From contig JAIXQG010000001.1 in NCBI GenBank assembly GCA_027485835.1, positions 69,902-133,901 on the forward strand: a stretch of DNA of 64,000 nucleotides, read 5' to 3'. Position 1 is the stretch's first letter; the number at the start of each line of letters is the position of its first letter. Below, one piece after another: positions 18,850 through 27,551 of this stretch. The stretch is from Alphaproteobacteria bacterium. Lineage in GTDB: Bacteria; Pseudomonadota; Alphaproteobacteria; UBA2136; UBA6156. A model generated the notes under the pieces. It was given only the letters and a program-made list of their open reading frames with translations. It was not told where the DNA came from and did no database searches. The position numbers and the translations under genes are program-made.

Positions 18850-19413
18850 CTAGCCTAAAAGGTGGGTGAGGAGGGTTTTGAGGCCGATGAGGACGAGGAT
18901 GAGGCCGCCGATGATTTCCGCCTTGGGGCCGAGTAGCTTACCGCCGCGCTTGCCGAGTGTGATGCCCAGATAGACTGCGGCTAGCGTGCCGAGGGCGGTG
19001 GCGAGGCAGACCCAGAGAATATTGAGCTCGGTAAACGCGATGCCGATACCAACCGCAACGGCGTCGATATTGGTGGCGATGGCCATGAGAAAGACACGGG
19101 TTTGATTGAGGGCAGGTGTGCTGCCGTGTTGTTGGGGTTGCAGGCCGTTGTAGGCCATGTGCAGGCCGACGCCGGAGAGGAGGAGGAAGGCGATCCAGTG
19201 GTCGAATGCTTCGACCAGCCCGCTGAGCAGAAAGCCGATGCTGTAGCCGAGTGCGGGGGCGGCGACGGCGCAGGCGGTGAAGATGATGGCAATGTCGCGC
19301 TTCTGTTTTTTCTTCAGCGCTTTTTTAAGGCTGGCGCCTTTGCTGAGGGCGGCGGCGAAGGTATCTACCGACAGGCCGACGGCAAGCATGATGAGAGTGA
19401 AAAGCGCTTCCAT
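18850..19413 (-). CDS. mntP: Manganese efflux pump MntP family
   Basis: GLSVDTFAAAL, FDHWIAF, ATNIDAVAVG, AEIIGGLIL. Confidence 0.9.
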   Translation of the reverse strand: MEALFTLIMLAVGLSVDTFAAALSKGASLKKALKKKQKRDIAIIFTACAVAAPALGYSIGFLLSGLVEAFDHWIAFLLLSGVGLHMAYNGLQPQQHGSTPALNQTRVFLMAIATNIDAVAVGIGIAFTELNILWVCLATALGTLAAVYLGITLGKRGGKLLGPKAEIIGGLILVLIGLKTLLTHLLG

Positions 19414-19504
19414 GCGCGGTTGGTAGCAGCCATGGATTGATGCCGCAAGAGCGGTTGGTTGGAATGAGGGCAGGGGTGTGACGAAACGCCCTTATGTCAG
19501 CTGG

Positions 19505-20200
19505 TTAATGCAGCTGGCGGCGGGTGGGCTTTTCGTCTTTGGCGTCGGAGTCGCGGCGGTCGTCCAGCTCGGCGGCGGTGTCGCTGTCGGTAGGCAGTTT
19601 TTTCAGTGGCAGGTGACGCATGATGCTGCGCCAGATGGCGACGTGGGTGGGAGACACGTTTGCGGGCCGGGAGTTACGTAGGGCGTGCTCGGGCACCATC
19701 ACGAGTTCGTGATTCGGTTGAAGTTCGATGAGTTCGAGTTGCATTGGCTGTACCTGCATGACCCAGACGAGCGTTTGGACGGGGGTGACGATGCCGTTTT
19801 GCTCGTCGGTGTAGGTAAACATCGGGGCGGCGGCGACTTTATCCAGCGTAATGTTTTGGATTTTGAGGGATTTGCAGAAGGTTTCGCCCAGTTGTGTGCG
19901 GGCGCTGGTACGCATGGCTGCGGCCATGTCTTCGTGCTTGTTCAGGCCGAAAAAGCTGGTGAGGCGGGCGTTGGTGTCGGCCGCTTTGGTGTTGCGGAGG
20001 AAAAGCATCTGGCGGCCGCCGCTTTGGGCGACCCAGAGCACTAATGCGCCGGCGAGCCCAACGTGACCTTCTGGCAGCACCTGCATGGGAGTGCCGTAGA
20101 GGAATGACAGCAGCTTGGCCATGGCTTTTTGGCGCATAAGAAGGCATTGCCAGCCAAACTTGCGCAGGCGTTGGGAAAGTGGGGTAGAGGGAATATTCAC
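19505..20200 (-). CDS. Hypothetical protein, possible degenerate Nudix fold
   Basis: GTG start; AGALVL...MLFLR...GLNKHEDMAAAMRTSARTQLG echoes the Nudix box. Confidence 0.6.
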   Translation of the reverse strand: MNIPSTPLSQRLRKFGWQCLLMRQKAMAKLLSFLYGTPMQVLPEGHVGLAGALVLWVAQSGGRQMLFLRNTKAADTNARLTSFFGLNKHEDMAAAMRTSARTQLGETFCKSLKIQNITLDKVAAAPMFTYTDEQNGIVTPVQTLVWVMQVQPMQLELIELQPNHELVMVPEHALRNSRPANVSPTHVAIWRSIMRHLPLKKLPTDSDTAAELDDRRDSDAKDEKPTRRQLH

Positions 20201-20368
20201 GATGCTGTGATTATAGGTTTGGAAATACAGTTTTGCAAGAAAGCTGCTGGGTGCGAGGGGTGGGGACTTTTACGAGTGTGTGAGGCGTGATGCATTTGCA
20301 TCATGATCGTGAGGTTTCGGTTTATAGAAAGAGGGTTAAGATGTTCAGTACTTTAAAAGGGGGGAGTC

Positions 20369-20383
20369 TTAACCTATAATTAA
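20369..20383. promoter_or_regulatory. Perfect CtrA-type box TTAA-N7-TTAA overlapping a TATAAT -10
   Basis: TTAA CCTATAA TTAA, ending 4 nt before the ATG at 20388. Confidence 0.5.
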
Positions 20384-20387
20384 GATT

Positions 20388-21116
20388 ATGAAAACATATT
20401 CTATTCTGGTTTGTGCGCTTTTAGCCTTAAGCGCTGTTGGTACGTTAATTGCACAAGAAACCACGGCTGCGGGAACGATGAATGCGCAGATGTCGTGGAC
20501 GGCACTTAAAAATCTGATTGATCAGGCTGTGAACCAAGCCAAAGTTGCTACAATTACGGCGGAAAATGCGAAGACGACAGCGGAAGATGCCCTTGCACGT
20601 GCGATGAAGATTGAGGCTTGTGGTAACAAAGGTATGATTTATGCGCCTGGAGCTGTGGGTGCTGATGTGGGTGGGTGTATTGTTTCTCAGAACGGTGTTT
20701 TGAGTGGCATTACGTATTCTTCCACTGGCACAAAAAGTTACACCCTGCCGAAAACGGCGGGTATGGACGTACAGGTTACCTGCAGATCTTCCGGACAAGC
20801 TAATAGCACATCTAAGGGGAGTGGCTGGCAGTCTGTTTCTGTTTTGGGGCGGATTCGTCTAAGCTCGGGTTGGGTTAAGCTGTTTGAGGACAGTGATAGA
20901 TGTCATGTGTATTCGGATAGCGGGTCGTGCAGTGTGTCTGCTTCCGGTAGTTACTATTTTTATGAAAAAGGCGGCGTGCTTTACCGTTACAGTAGTGCCC
21001 TTAACATGGCGAATGGTGTTGCTGTCATGGGTAGTAGCAAGTTTACCAATTTATCGAATTGGACTGGAGCGATTGAGGTAACGGGGAATGAATGTACCGT
21101 TGCTGTTGGTCGTTAA
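20388..21116 (+). CDS. Secreted hypothetical protein (signal peptide, coiled coil, Cys-containing neck, beta-rich Ser/Gly head)
   Basis: 242-aa ORF with lower GC; terminator at 21131-21156. Confidence 0.75.
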   Translation: MKTYSILVCALLALSAVGTLIAQETTAAGTMNAQMSWTALKNLIDQAVNQAKVATITAENAKTTAEDALARAMKIEACGNKGMIYAPGAVGADVGGCIVSQNGVLSGITYSSTGTKSYTLPKTAGMDVQVTCRSSGQANSTSKGSGWQSVSVLGRIRLSSGWVKLFEDSDRCHVYSDSGSCSVSASGSYYFYEKGGVLYRYSSALNMANGVAVMGSSKFTNLSNWTGAIEVTGNECTVAVGR

Positions 21117-21239
21117 TAGACTCAGCTCCGAAAAACTCCCCGATGGGGAGTTTTTTGACGGTGAATCGGGCAGCAATGTGGAGGTGACTTCGGTTGCGAT
21201 GGGTTTTCAGGCTGGGGCTTTCGGCCTATGGTGGCGCCC

Positions 21240-23648
21240 ATGAGTATGTTGAGCGACCCCTTTATGGATGAAGAACTGGAACAGCGTGTGCAGCCGATGG
21301 AGGCTGATGTGGTGCCGATGCACAAGGGCGAAGAGTATGCTCCGATAGACCCTGCGGCGGCGTTGCTGCGCGGGCTGAACCCGCCGCAGGCCAAGGCGGT
21401 GCAGCACACCGAAGGGCCGATTTTGGTGCTGGCGGGTGCGGGTACGGGTAAAACCAGCGTACTGACGCGCCGGATTGCGTATCTGCTTTTGACCAAGGCG
21501 GCGTGGCCGAGTGAAATTCTGGCTGTGACCTTTACCAACAAGGCTGCGCGCGAAATGGCCGAGCGTACCGAGCGGTTGGTGGGCGAAAGTGTGGCCGGTA
21601 TGTGGTTGGGGACCTTCCACCGCCTTGGCGTGCGCCTGTTGCGCGCCCATGCCGAGCGTGTGGGCCTTAAGCCGCAATTTGTGATTTTGGACCCCGATGA
21701 CCAGCAACGCTTGGTGACGCAGGTATTGAAGGATGCGGGCTTGGATATTCAGGTGATGACGCCGCGCATGGTGACGAATATGTTCAACCGTTACAAAGAC
21801 CATGGTTGGACGCCCAGCGAAGTGCCGAGCGATGAATATGCGAGCTTAGGCAACGTGGGGAAACAGATTTATACGGAATATGACAACCGCCTGAAGGCGT
21901 TGAACGCTGTGGATTTTGGCGATTTGTTGTTGCTGCCGCTGCACTTGCTGACGCGTCACCCCGACATTGCCGAGAAGTACCAGACCCAGCTGAAGTATAT
22001 TCTGGTGGACGAGTACCAAGACACTAACACCGTGCAGTACCAATGGCTGCGTGCGCTGGCGGCGGGGCACAAGAACATCTGTGTGGTGGGCGACGACGAC
22101 CAGAGCATTTATAGCTGGCGCGGGGCGCAGGTGGCCAACATTCTGCGCTTTGAGCACGATTTTGAAGGTGCCGAGGTGGTGCGTTTGGAACAGAACTATC
22201 GCTCTACCGGCCATATTCTGGCGGCGGCCAACGCGGTGATTGCGCATAACCGGCAGCGTCACGGCAAGAACCTGTGGACCGACAGCGGTGATGGCGGCGT
22301 GATTGAGGTTCACCCACAGTTGGATGACCGTGAGGAAGCGCGCTTTGTGGCCGATGGCTGCTGGCAGCACACGCGGGCAGGGGGCAAGTATGATGACATC
22401 GCGATTTTAGTGCGGACGGCCAGCCAGACGCGGGCACTGGAAGAAGGGCTGATTCGGGCCGGGTTGCCGTACACCTTTGTGGGCGGGCTGAAATTTTACG
22501 AACGCAAGGAAGTGCGCGATTTGCTCGCGTATCTGCGCCTGATTAACAACCCGACCGATAATTTGGCGTTCCAGCGTATTATTAACGTGCCGCGCCGCGG
22601 TATTGGCGACACCACGCTGGCGACGATTGACGCCGAAGCGCGCGGCAGTGGCGAGAGCTATGAAGGCGCCGTGCGCAACCTGATCCGGAATGGTCAGGTA
22701 AGTGGTAAGGGCGGGAGTGCGATGGGGCAGTTCCTTGATAATCTATCCACATGGCGCACCATCATGCAGATGGATACGCCCGACCGTTTGGCCGAGCGTG
22801 TGCTGGAAGAAAGCGGCTACGCCCAGATGCTGCGTGACGACAAGAGCGAGGGTGGTGAAGACGCGAAAACGCGGATTGATAACCTGAAAGAAATGCTGCG
22901 CGCGATGCAGGAATACCCTGATTTGGCGAGCTTTTTGGACCACGTTGCGCTTGTGAGCGAGAGCGATGTGAAGGGCGAGGAGGATACGGTTAAACTGATG
23001 ACGATCCATGCCGCCAAGGGGTTGGAGTTTAATACGGTGTTTTTACCGGGCTTTGAGGAGGGGATCTTCCCACACCAGCGGAGTATTCAGGATGAAGGCC
23101 AGAAGGGGGTTGAGGAAGAGCGGCGTTTGGCCTATGTGGCGCTGACCCGTGCCCGCAAGCGCATGGTGATTAGTTTTGCCAGTGCGCGGCGCCTGTACGG
23201 CCAGTTTATGCCCGGTACGCCGAGCCGCTTTTTGCAGGAAATACCCCAGCAGCACGTAAAGATGATGGCCGGTGGCATGACCCGCTTTGGCAGCGGGGGA
23301 TATGGCTCGGGCGGCTATGGCGGCGGCAGTTATGGCGGGGGTGTGCGCACCCAGCAAGGCAGCCGTTTGGATACCCGTACCAACCGTACCGGAAACGATT
23401 ATGCGAAGCCGGCTGAGCCGATGATTGCGTATAGCCAGACTGAGATGATGCGGGCGGCGAGTGCGCCGGTAAAAAGCATCTCGAACGGTGCGTACAGCGT
23501 GGGCCAGAAGGTGCACCACGAGAAGTTTGGCGGCGGGATGATTAAGGCCGTGGAAGGAAGCGGCAGCGAGACCAAGCTGGTGATTGAATTCAAGCACGCG
23601 GGCCAGAAGAAGATGCTGGCGAGTTTGGCGAAGTTGGATGTGGTTTAA
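21240..23648 (+). CDS. uvrD: UvrD/PcrA ATP-dependent DNA helicase
   Basis: VLAGAGTGKT, LVDEYQDTN, VGDDDQSIYSWRGA, LEQNYRS, TIHAAKGLEF, C-terminal HEKFG domain. Confidence 0.96.
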   Translation: MSMLSDPFMDEELEQRVQPMEADVVPMHKGEEYAPIDPAAALLRGLNPPQAKAVQHTEGPILVLAGAGTGKTSVLTRRIAYLLLTKAAWPSEILAVTFTNKAAREMAERTERLVGESVAGMWLGTFHRLGVRLLRAHAERVGLKPQFVILDPDDQQRLVTQVLKDAGLDIQVMTPRMVTNMFNRYKDHGWTPSEVPSDEYASLGNVGKQIYTEYDNRLKALNAVDFGDLLLLPLHLLTRHPDIAEKYQTQLKYILVDEYQDTNTVQYQWLRALAAGHKNICVVGDDDQSIYSWRGAQVANILRFEHDFEGAEVVRLEQNYRSTGHILAAANAVIAHNRQRHGKNLWTDSGDGGVIEVHPQLDDREEARFVADGCWQHTRAGGKYDDIAILVRTASQTRALEEGLIRAGLPYTFVGGLKFYERKEVRDLLAYLRLINNPTDNLAFQRIINVPRRGIGDTTLATIDAEARGSGESYEGAVRNLIRNGQVSGKGGSAMGQFLDNLSTWRTIMQMDTPDRLAERVLEESGYAQMLRDDKSEGGEDAKTRIDNLKEMLRAMQEYPDLASFLDHVALVSESDVKGEEDTVKLMTIHAAKGLEFNTVFLPGFEEGIFPHQRSIQDEGQKGVEEERRLAYVALTRARKRMVISFASARRLYGQFMPGTPSRFLQEIPQQHVKMMAGGMTRFGSGGYGSGGYGGGSYGGGVRTQQGSRLDTRTNRTGNDYAKPAEPMIAYSQTEMMRAASAPVKSISNGAYSVGQKVHHEKFGGGMIKAVEGSGSETKLVIEFKHAGQKKMLASLAKLDVV

Positions 23649-23708
23649 AGAGAGAAAAGGCCGTGGGGTTACCACGGCCTTTCTTTTATCGATTGGAGAA
23701 TTTGAAAG

Positions 23709-24044
23709 TCAGAGCTTACCGTTGACGAAGTCGAGGACCGTGAAGATCAAAAAGTCTTTCTTTTCGTTCCCCTCATTCTCGAAAGCGGTTACAGCGGTTT
23801 CCCAGTCGTTCAGAGTCTTCCCTTCCAGCGCAATGATGGGCGAAATTCCCTCGCTGACTTGGGGTTGCAGGCCGATCGAGCCGAAGGCACGAGTAAGAAG
23901 TTGTGACTTCTTAAGTTTCAACAGTTTTGCCAGTTTCCCGAAAAGAACATCTTCCCGTTCGCTCAGCGTGATACGCTGCTTGGTGAGTGACTTAGCAACA
24001 ATTTGAGTTGCTGCAAGGTTGGCCGCATTTACATGGGTATTCAT
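23709..24044 (-). CDS. Hypothetical protein, possible ribbon-helix-helix DNA-binding N-terminus
   Basis: AGGAG RBS; KQRITLSEREDVLFGKLAKLLKLKKSQLLTRAF. Confidence 0.6.
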   Translation of the reverse strand: MNTHVNAANLAATQIVAKSLTKQRITLSEREDVLFGKLAKLLKLKKSQLLTRAFGSIGLQPQVSEGISPIIALEGKTLNDWETAVTAFENEGNEKKDFLIFTVLDFVNGKL

Positions 24045-24107
24045 GATTAGGTGTCTCCTGCAAAAATCTTGCGGGGGCTTTTTACGCTTCTTAGTAAACG
24101 TATTCAA

Positions 24108-24136
24108 TAAAAAAGGCTCTTTTGGAGCCTTTTTTA
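24108..24136. terminator. Bidirectional terminator after tyrS
   Basis: TAAAAAAGGCTCT-TTT-GGAGCCTTTTTTA. Confidence 0.75.
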
Positions 24137-24143
24137 GTCGTGG

Positions 24144-25397
24144 TTAAGCAGTTAAGCTGACCTTTGCGAGTTTGAGCTTGCCGACTTGGAGGGTGAAGGG
24201 GGTTGGTAGCTTCACGGGGGCGGTGGGGTCTTTGCTTTGCTCGCCGTTGAGTTTGACGCCGCCTTGCTCGATCAGGCGGCGGGCTTCCGATTTGGACGTG
24301 GCGAAGTTGGCGGCAACGACGAGGTCTGTCAGAGTAGCGAAGGCTTCCTGCGGGAGGCTCAGTTCCGGTAGGTCGGTCGGCATTTCGCGTTTGGAGAAGC
24401 GGGACTCGAAGGCGGCTTTGGCTTCGTCGGCCGCGGTTTCTCCGTGGAAGCGGGCGGTGATGAAGTGGGCCAGCTTTTTCTTGGCTTCCATGGGGTGTGA
24501 AGGGCGTTCGGCCGCGGGGATGGTGGTGAGGAGGCTGTACCAGCGGTCCAGCAGGCTATCCGGGATGGACATGGTTTTGCCGAACATGTCGGTGGGGTTT
24601 TCGGTCACGCCGATGTAGTTGCCCTTGGATTTGGACATCTTCATCACGCCGTCCAGCCCTTCCAGCAGCGGGAAGGTCATGACGATTTGCGGCTCGATAC
24701 CCCGTGCCTGCATCAGCTGGCGGCCCATGAGGCAGTTGAAGGTTTGGTCGGTGCCGCCGAACTCGATATCGCAGCCTTCGCGCTCGAACATCGCGATGCT
24801 ATCGTACCCCTGCATGAGCGGGTAGAGGAACTCGTGCAGCGAGATGGGGGTTTGGTTGGCGAGGCGGTTGCCGAAGTCTTCCTTCGCGATAAGTTGCGCG
24901 ACGCTGACTTGGGCGCAGAGCTTGATGGTGTCGGCAAAGCTGAGTTCCTTCAGCCAGTCGCCATTCCACATAAGTTTGCACTTGGCGGGGTCGTTTTGGA
25001 TGACCTTGAAGATTTGCTCTTTATAGGTTTCCGCGTTCTGCATGATTTGCTCTTCGGTGAGTGGCGGGCGGGTGCTGTTGCGACCGGAGGGGTCGCCTAT
25101 CAGCGCCGTGTAGTTGCCGATGAGGGGGAGCACGATGTGGCCGAGGTCTTGGAATTTGCGCATGGCGTTGAGCGCGACGGTGTGGCCGATGTGGATGTCT
25201 GGCGCGGTCGGGTCCATCCCCAGTTTGATGCGGAGGGGGCGGTTTTCCATCAGCGACTTGACCAGTTTGTCGAAGAGGCCATCCTTCCCGTGCACGCCTT
25301 TTTCCGGATAGATGCCGGCGGTGCCTTCCGACAGGATGGCATGTTGGCGCGCGGCTTCGGCGAGGACTTCTTTACTGGGAGTGACTTTGGTGTTCAT
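24144..25397 (-). CDS. tyrS: Tyrosine--tRNA ligase
   Basis: KLGMDPTAPDIHIGH, YPLMQGYDS, GGTDQTFN, KMSKS, C-terminal S4 domain. Confidence 0.97.
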   Translation of the reverse strand: MNTKVTPSKEVLAEAARQHAILSEGTAGIYPEKGVHGKDGLFDKLVKSLMENRPLRIKLGMDPTAPDIHIGHTVALNAMRKFQDLGHIVLPLIGNYTALIGDPSGRNSTRPPLTEEQIMQNAETYKEQIFKVIQNDPAKCKLMWNGDWLKELSFADTIKLCAQVSVAQLIAKEDFGNRLANQTPISLHEFLYPLMQGYDSIAMFEREGCDIEFGGTDQTFNCLMGRQLMQARGIEPQIVMTFPLLEGLDGVMKMSKSKGNYIGVTENPTDMFGKTMSIPDSLLDRWYSLLTTIPAAERPSHPMEAKKKLAHFITARFHGETAADEAKAAFESRFSKREMPTDLPELSLPQEAFATLTDLVVAANFATSKSEARRLIEQGGVKLNGEQSKDPTAPVKLPTPFTLQVGKLKLAKVSLTA

Positions 25398-25425
25398 GGC
25401 GTTGTTTATGGCGTTTTTTAGTTAG

Positions 25426-26436
25426 TTAGACAAGGGCTGCGAAGTCCGTCAGCGTGACCGTGCCGTTTGCGTGGGCGAGGGCGAGGTGCATGCCGTTGGC
25501 CGACCATGCGATGTGTTGCACCGGTTGCGCGTTGGGCTCGTGTAGCAGAATGGCGCGGTCTTCCACTGTTTGGGTGAGGAGCGTGAGGCCGTCGGTGTAG
25601 CCAATGGCGCAGAAGGGGCCTTTGGGGTGCATGGCGAGTGAGGTGACCAAGGTTTCTTGCACGCCGCTGTCGGCCAGCACGCGGGCTTGGGTGCCTGCGG
25701 GGCCTTTTTCGGTGGCGAAGCTCCAGAGCGGGACGCCGCCGCCGCCGTTGGTGCCGAGGGTGGTATTGTCGCTCATCCAGCTAAATTGCGTAATTTTGGA
25801 GGGGTAGCCGCGCATTTGGAGGTCCATGCCGTCGGACAGGCGCCAGAGGTGAATGGCTTGCTCTTGCATGGATGAAATGAGCCATTTGCCGTCGGGCGAG
25901 TAGGTGAGGCCGAGGTGCGAGCCTTTCCAGGGGAGGAGGCGGGGTGGGTTCTTAGTGTTATCTAAAGCCAGAATGCTAGCGCCGCCGTAGTGGCTGACCG
26001 CGAGGCGTGGGCCTATGGGGGAGATGGCCATGCCGCCGATGGTGGACGGGAGTTTGTGTGGGAGCTGGCTGGTGGAGCCGTCGGCGTTAATGATTGTTAC
26101 GGATTTGCCGGTAGCAGCGATGATTTGTTTCTTCTTTGCAAAGTAAACGATGTTTTCGAGGAACATGTATTTCGTATCGGCAAGCAGAGTTGTTTCGCCC
26201 TGCACGGTGGTGAGGTGGATGCGGCCGGATTCGTCGGCGGTGGCGAAGCCTTCGGGTGTGGCGATGACGGTCATCAGCGGGGCGTCGCTGACTTGCACCG
26301 CCAGCGGTTTGGTGAGGTTTGGGCGGAGGAGGTGGAGTGTGCCTTCGCCACCGGCGGCGGCGAGAGTGTCGGCATTCCAGACCAGCCCGTTGATGGGCGT
26401 GTTGAGGGCGTGGGGGGTGTGGGGGTTCGTCGTCAT
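25426..26436 (-). CDS. WD40 beta-propeller protein (CobW-associated)
   Basis: WKGSH...SPDGKWL..SMQE...WRL.DG.D..MRGYP.K; translationally coupled to the GTPase gene. Confidence 0.85.
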   Translation of the reverse strand: MTTNPHTPHALNTPINGLVWNADTLAAAGGEGTLHLLRPNLTKPLAVQVSDAPLMTVIATPEGFATADESGRIHLTTVQGETTLLADTKYMFLENIVYFAKKKQIIAATGKSVTIINADGSTSQLPHKLPSTIGGMAISPIGPRLAVSHYGGASILALDNTKNPPRLLPWKGSHLGLTYSPDGKWLISSMQEQAIHLWRLSDGMDLQMRGYPSKITQFSWMSDNTTLGTNGGGGVPLWSFATEKGPAGTQARVLADSGVQETLVTSLAMHPKGPFCAIGYTDGLTLLTQTVEDRAILLHEPNAQPVQHIAWSANGMHLALAHANGTVTLTDFAALV

Positions 26437-27443
26437 TATTGTGCGCAGGCGAGGAATTGCTCTTTGAGTTGCGCCTTGTTGAGGCCGCGGCCGATGAGGA
26501 CGAGCGTGGAGGCGCGTTTTTCGTCGGGTTGCCAGTCACTAGTGAACTCGCCGTCGGACATCATGTGCACGGCTTGGAAGACGAATTTTTTCGGTTCGTT
26601 TTCGATGTTCAGGATGCCTTTGGTACGGAGGATGTTCTGGCCGTGGGTGGCGAGAAGTGTGGACATCCAGTCGTCGAACTTGGTGCCGTCGAGCGGTTTA
26701 TCGGACTTTAGGGAGATGCTGGAGACGTCGGCATCGTGGTGGTGGTGGTGGCCTTCGGCGGCGTTGGCGAGGAATTCGGGATCGACGCCGAGCACGTGCT
26801 CCAAGCTAAAGGCGTGGCGCGTGAGGAGGGAGCTGAGGCTGAAGGCTTGGCCGGAGGCGTCTGTCACCTGACCGCGGGTGCCGTGGAGCAGCGTGGCGAA
26901 GGGGTTGATGGCGCGGATGGCGGCTTCCGCGGCTTCGATATCCGCTTTAAGAACGGCGTCAATCTTGTTGATAATAATGGTATCTGCGAAAGCGATTTGG
27001 TCGGTGGCTTCGGGGGAATCCTTCAGTTGGCCGAGGATGTGGGCGGCGTCGACCATGGTCAAGATGCTGTCGAGCTCGGTGTTGGTTTTGACGTCCGGGT
27101 CGGCAAAGAAGGTTTGGGCGACGGGGGCCGGGTCGGCAAGGCCGGTGGTTTCCAGCAGGATGGCGTCGAACTTGTCGCGGCGCTTCATTAGGGCGGCGAG
27201 GATGCGGATGAGGTCTCCGCGTACCGTGCAGCAGATGCAGCCGTTGTTCATTTCGAAGACTTCTTCATCGACTTGGGCGGTGATGAGTTTGTCATCGATG
27301 CCCTCGAGGCCGTATTCGTTAATGATCACGGCGTATTTGGTGTCGGAATTCTCGCTCAGGATGCGATTCAGTAGGGTGGTTTTGCCGGAGCCTAGGAAAC
27401 CGGTGAGGACGGTGACGGGGATGGGCCGCTTGGTGGAGGACAT
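26436..27443 (-). CDS. CobW/COG0523 metallochaperone GTPase
   Basis: LTGFLGSGKTT, GCICC, ETTGLADP, His-rich tract. Confidence 0.95.
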   Translation of the reverse strand: MSSTKRPIPVTVLTGFLGSGKTTLLNRILSENSDTKYAVIINEYGLEGIDDKLITAQVDEEVFEMNNGCICCTVRGDLIRILAALMKRRDKFDAILLETTGLADPAPVAQTFFADPDVKTNTELDSILTMVDAAHILGQLKDSPEATDQIAFADTIIINKIDAVLKADIEAAEAAIRAINPFATLLHGTRGQVTDASGQAFSLSSLLTRHAFSLEHVLGVDPEFLANAAEGHHHHHDADVSSISLKSDKPLDGTKFDDWMSTLLATHGQNILRTKGILNIENEPKKFVFQAVHMMSDGEFTSDWQPDEKRASTLVLIGRGLNKAQLKEQFLACAQ

Positions 27444-27551
27444 GGCAAAACCTTTCGTAATGACGTTTAACAGGGCCGATTTTTAGCACGATACGGCCAA
27501 AAAACCAACCGCCCCGTAGGGCGGCTGGTTTGTGCGTAAGAACCAAGGTTC

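Noticed and set aside
19414..19504. yybP-ykoY Mn riboswitch expected upstream of mntP (also checked upstream of yrbG)
   Set aside because: The conserved riboswitch core is not visible.
23285..23345. GGYG repeats in uvrD
   Set aside because: Ordinary low-complexity linker before the C-terminal domain.
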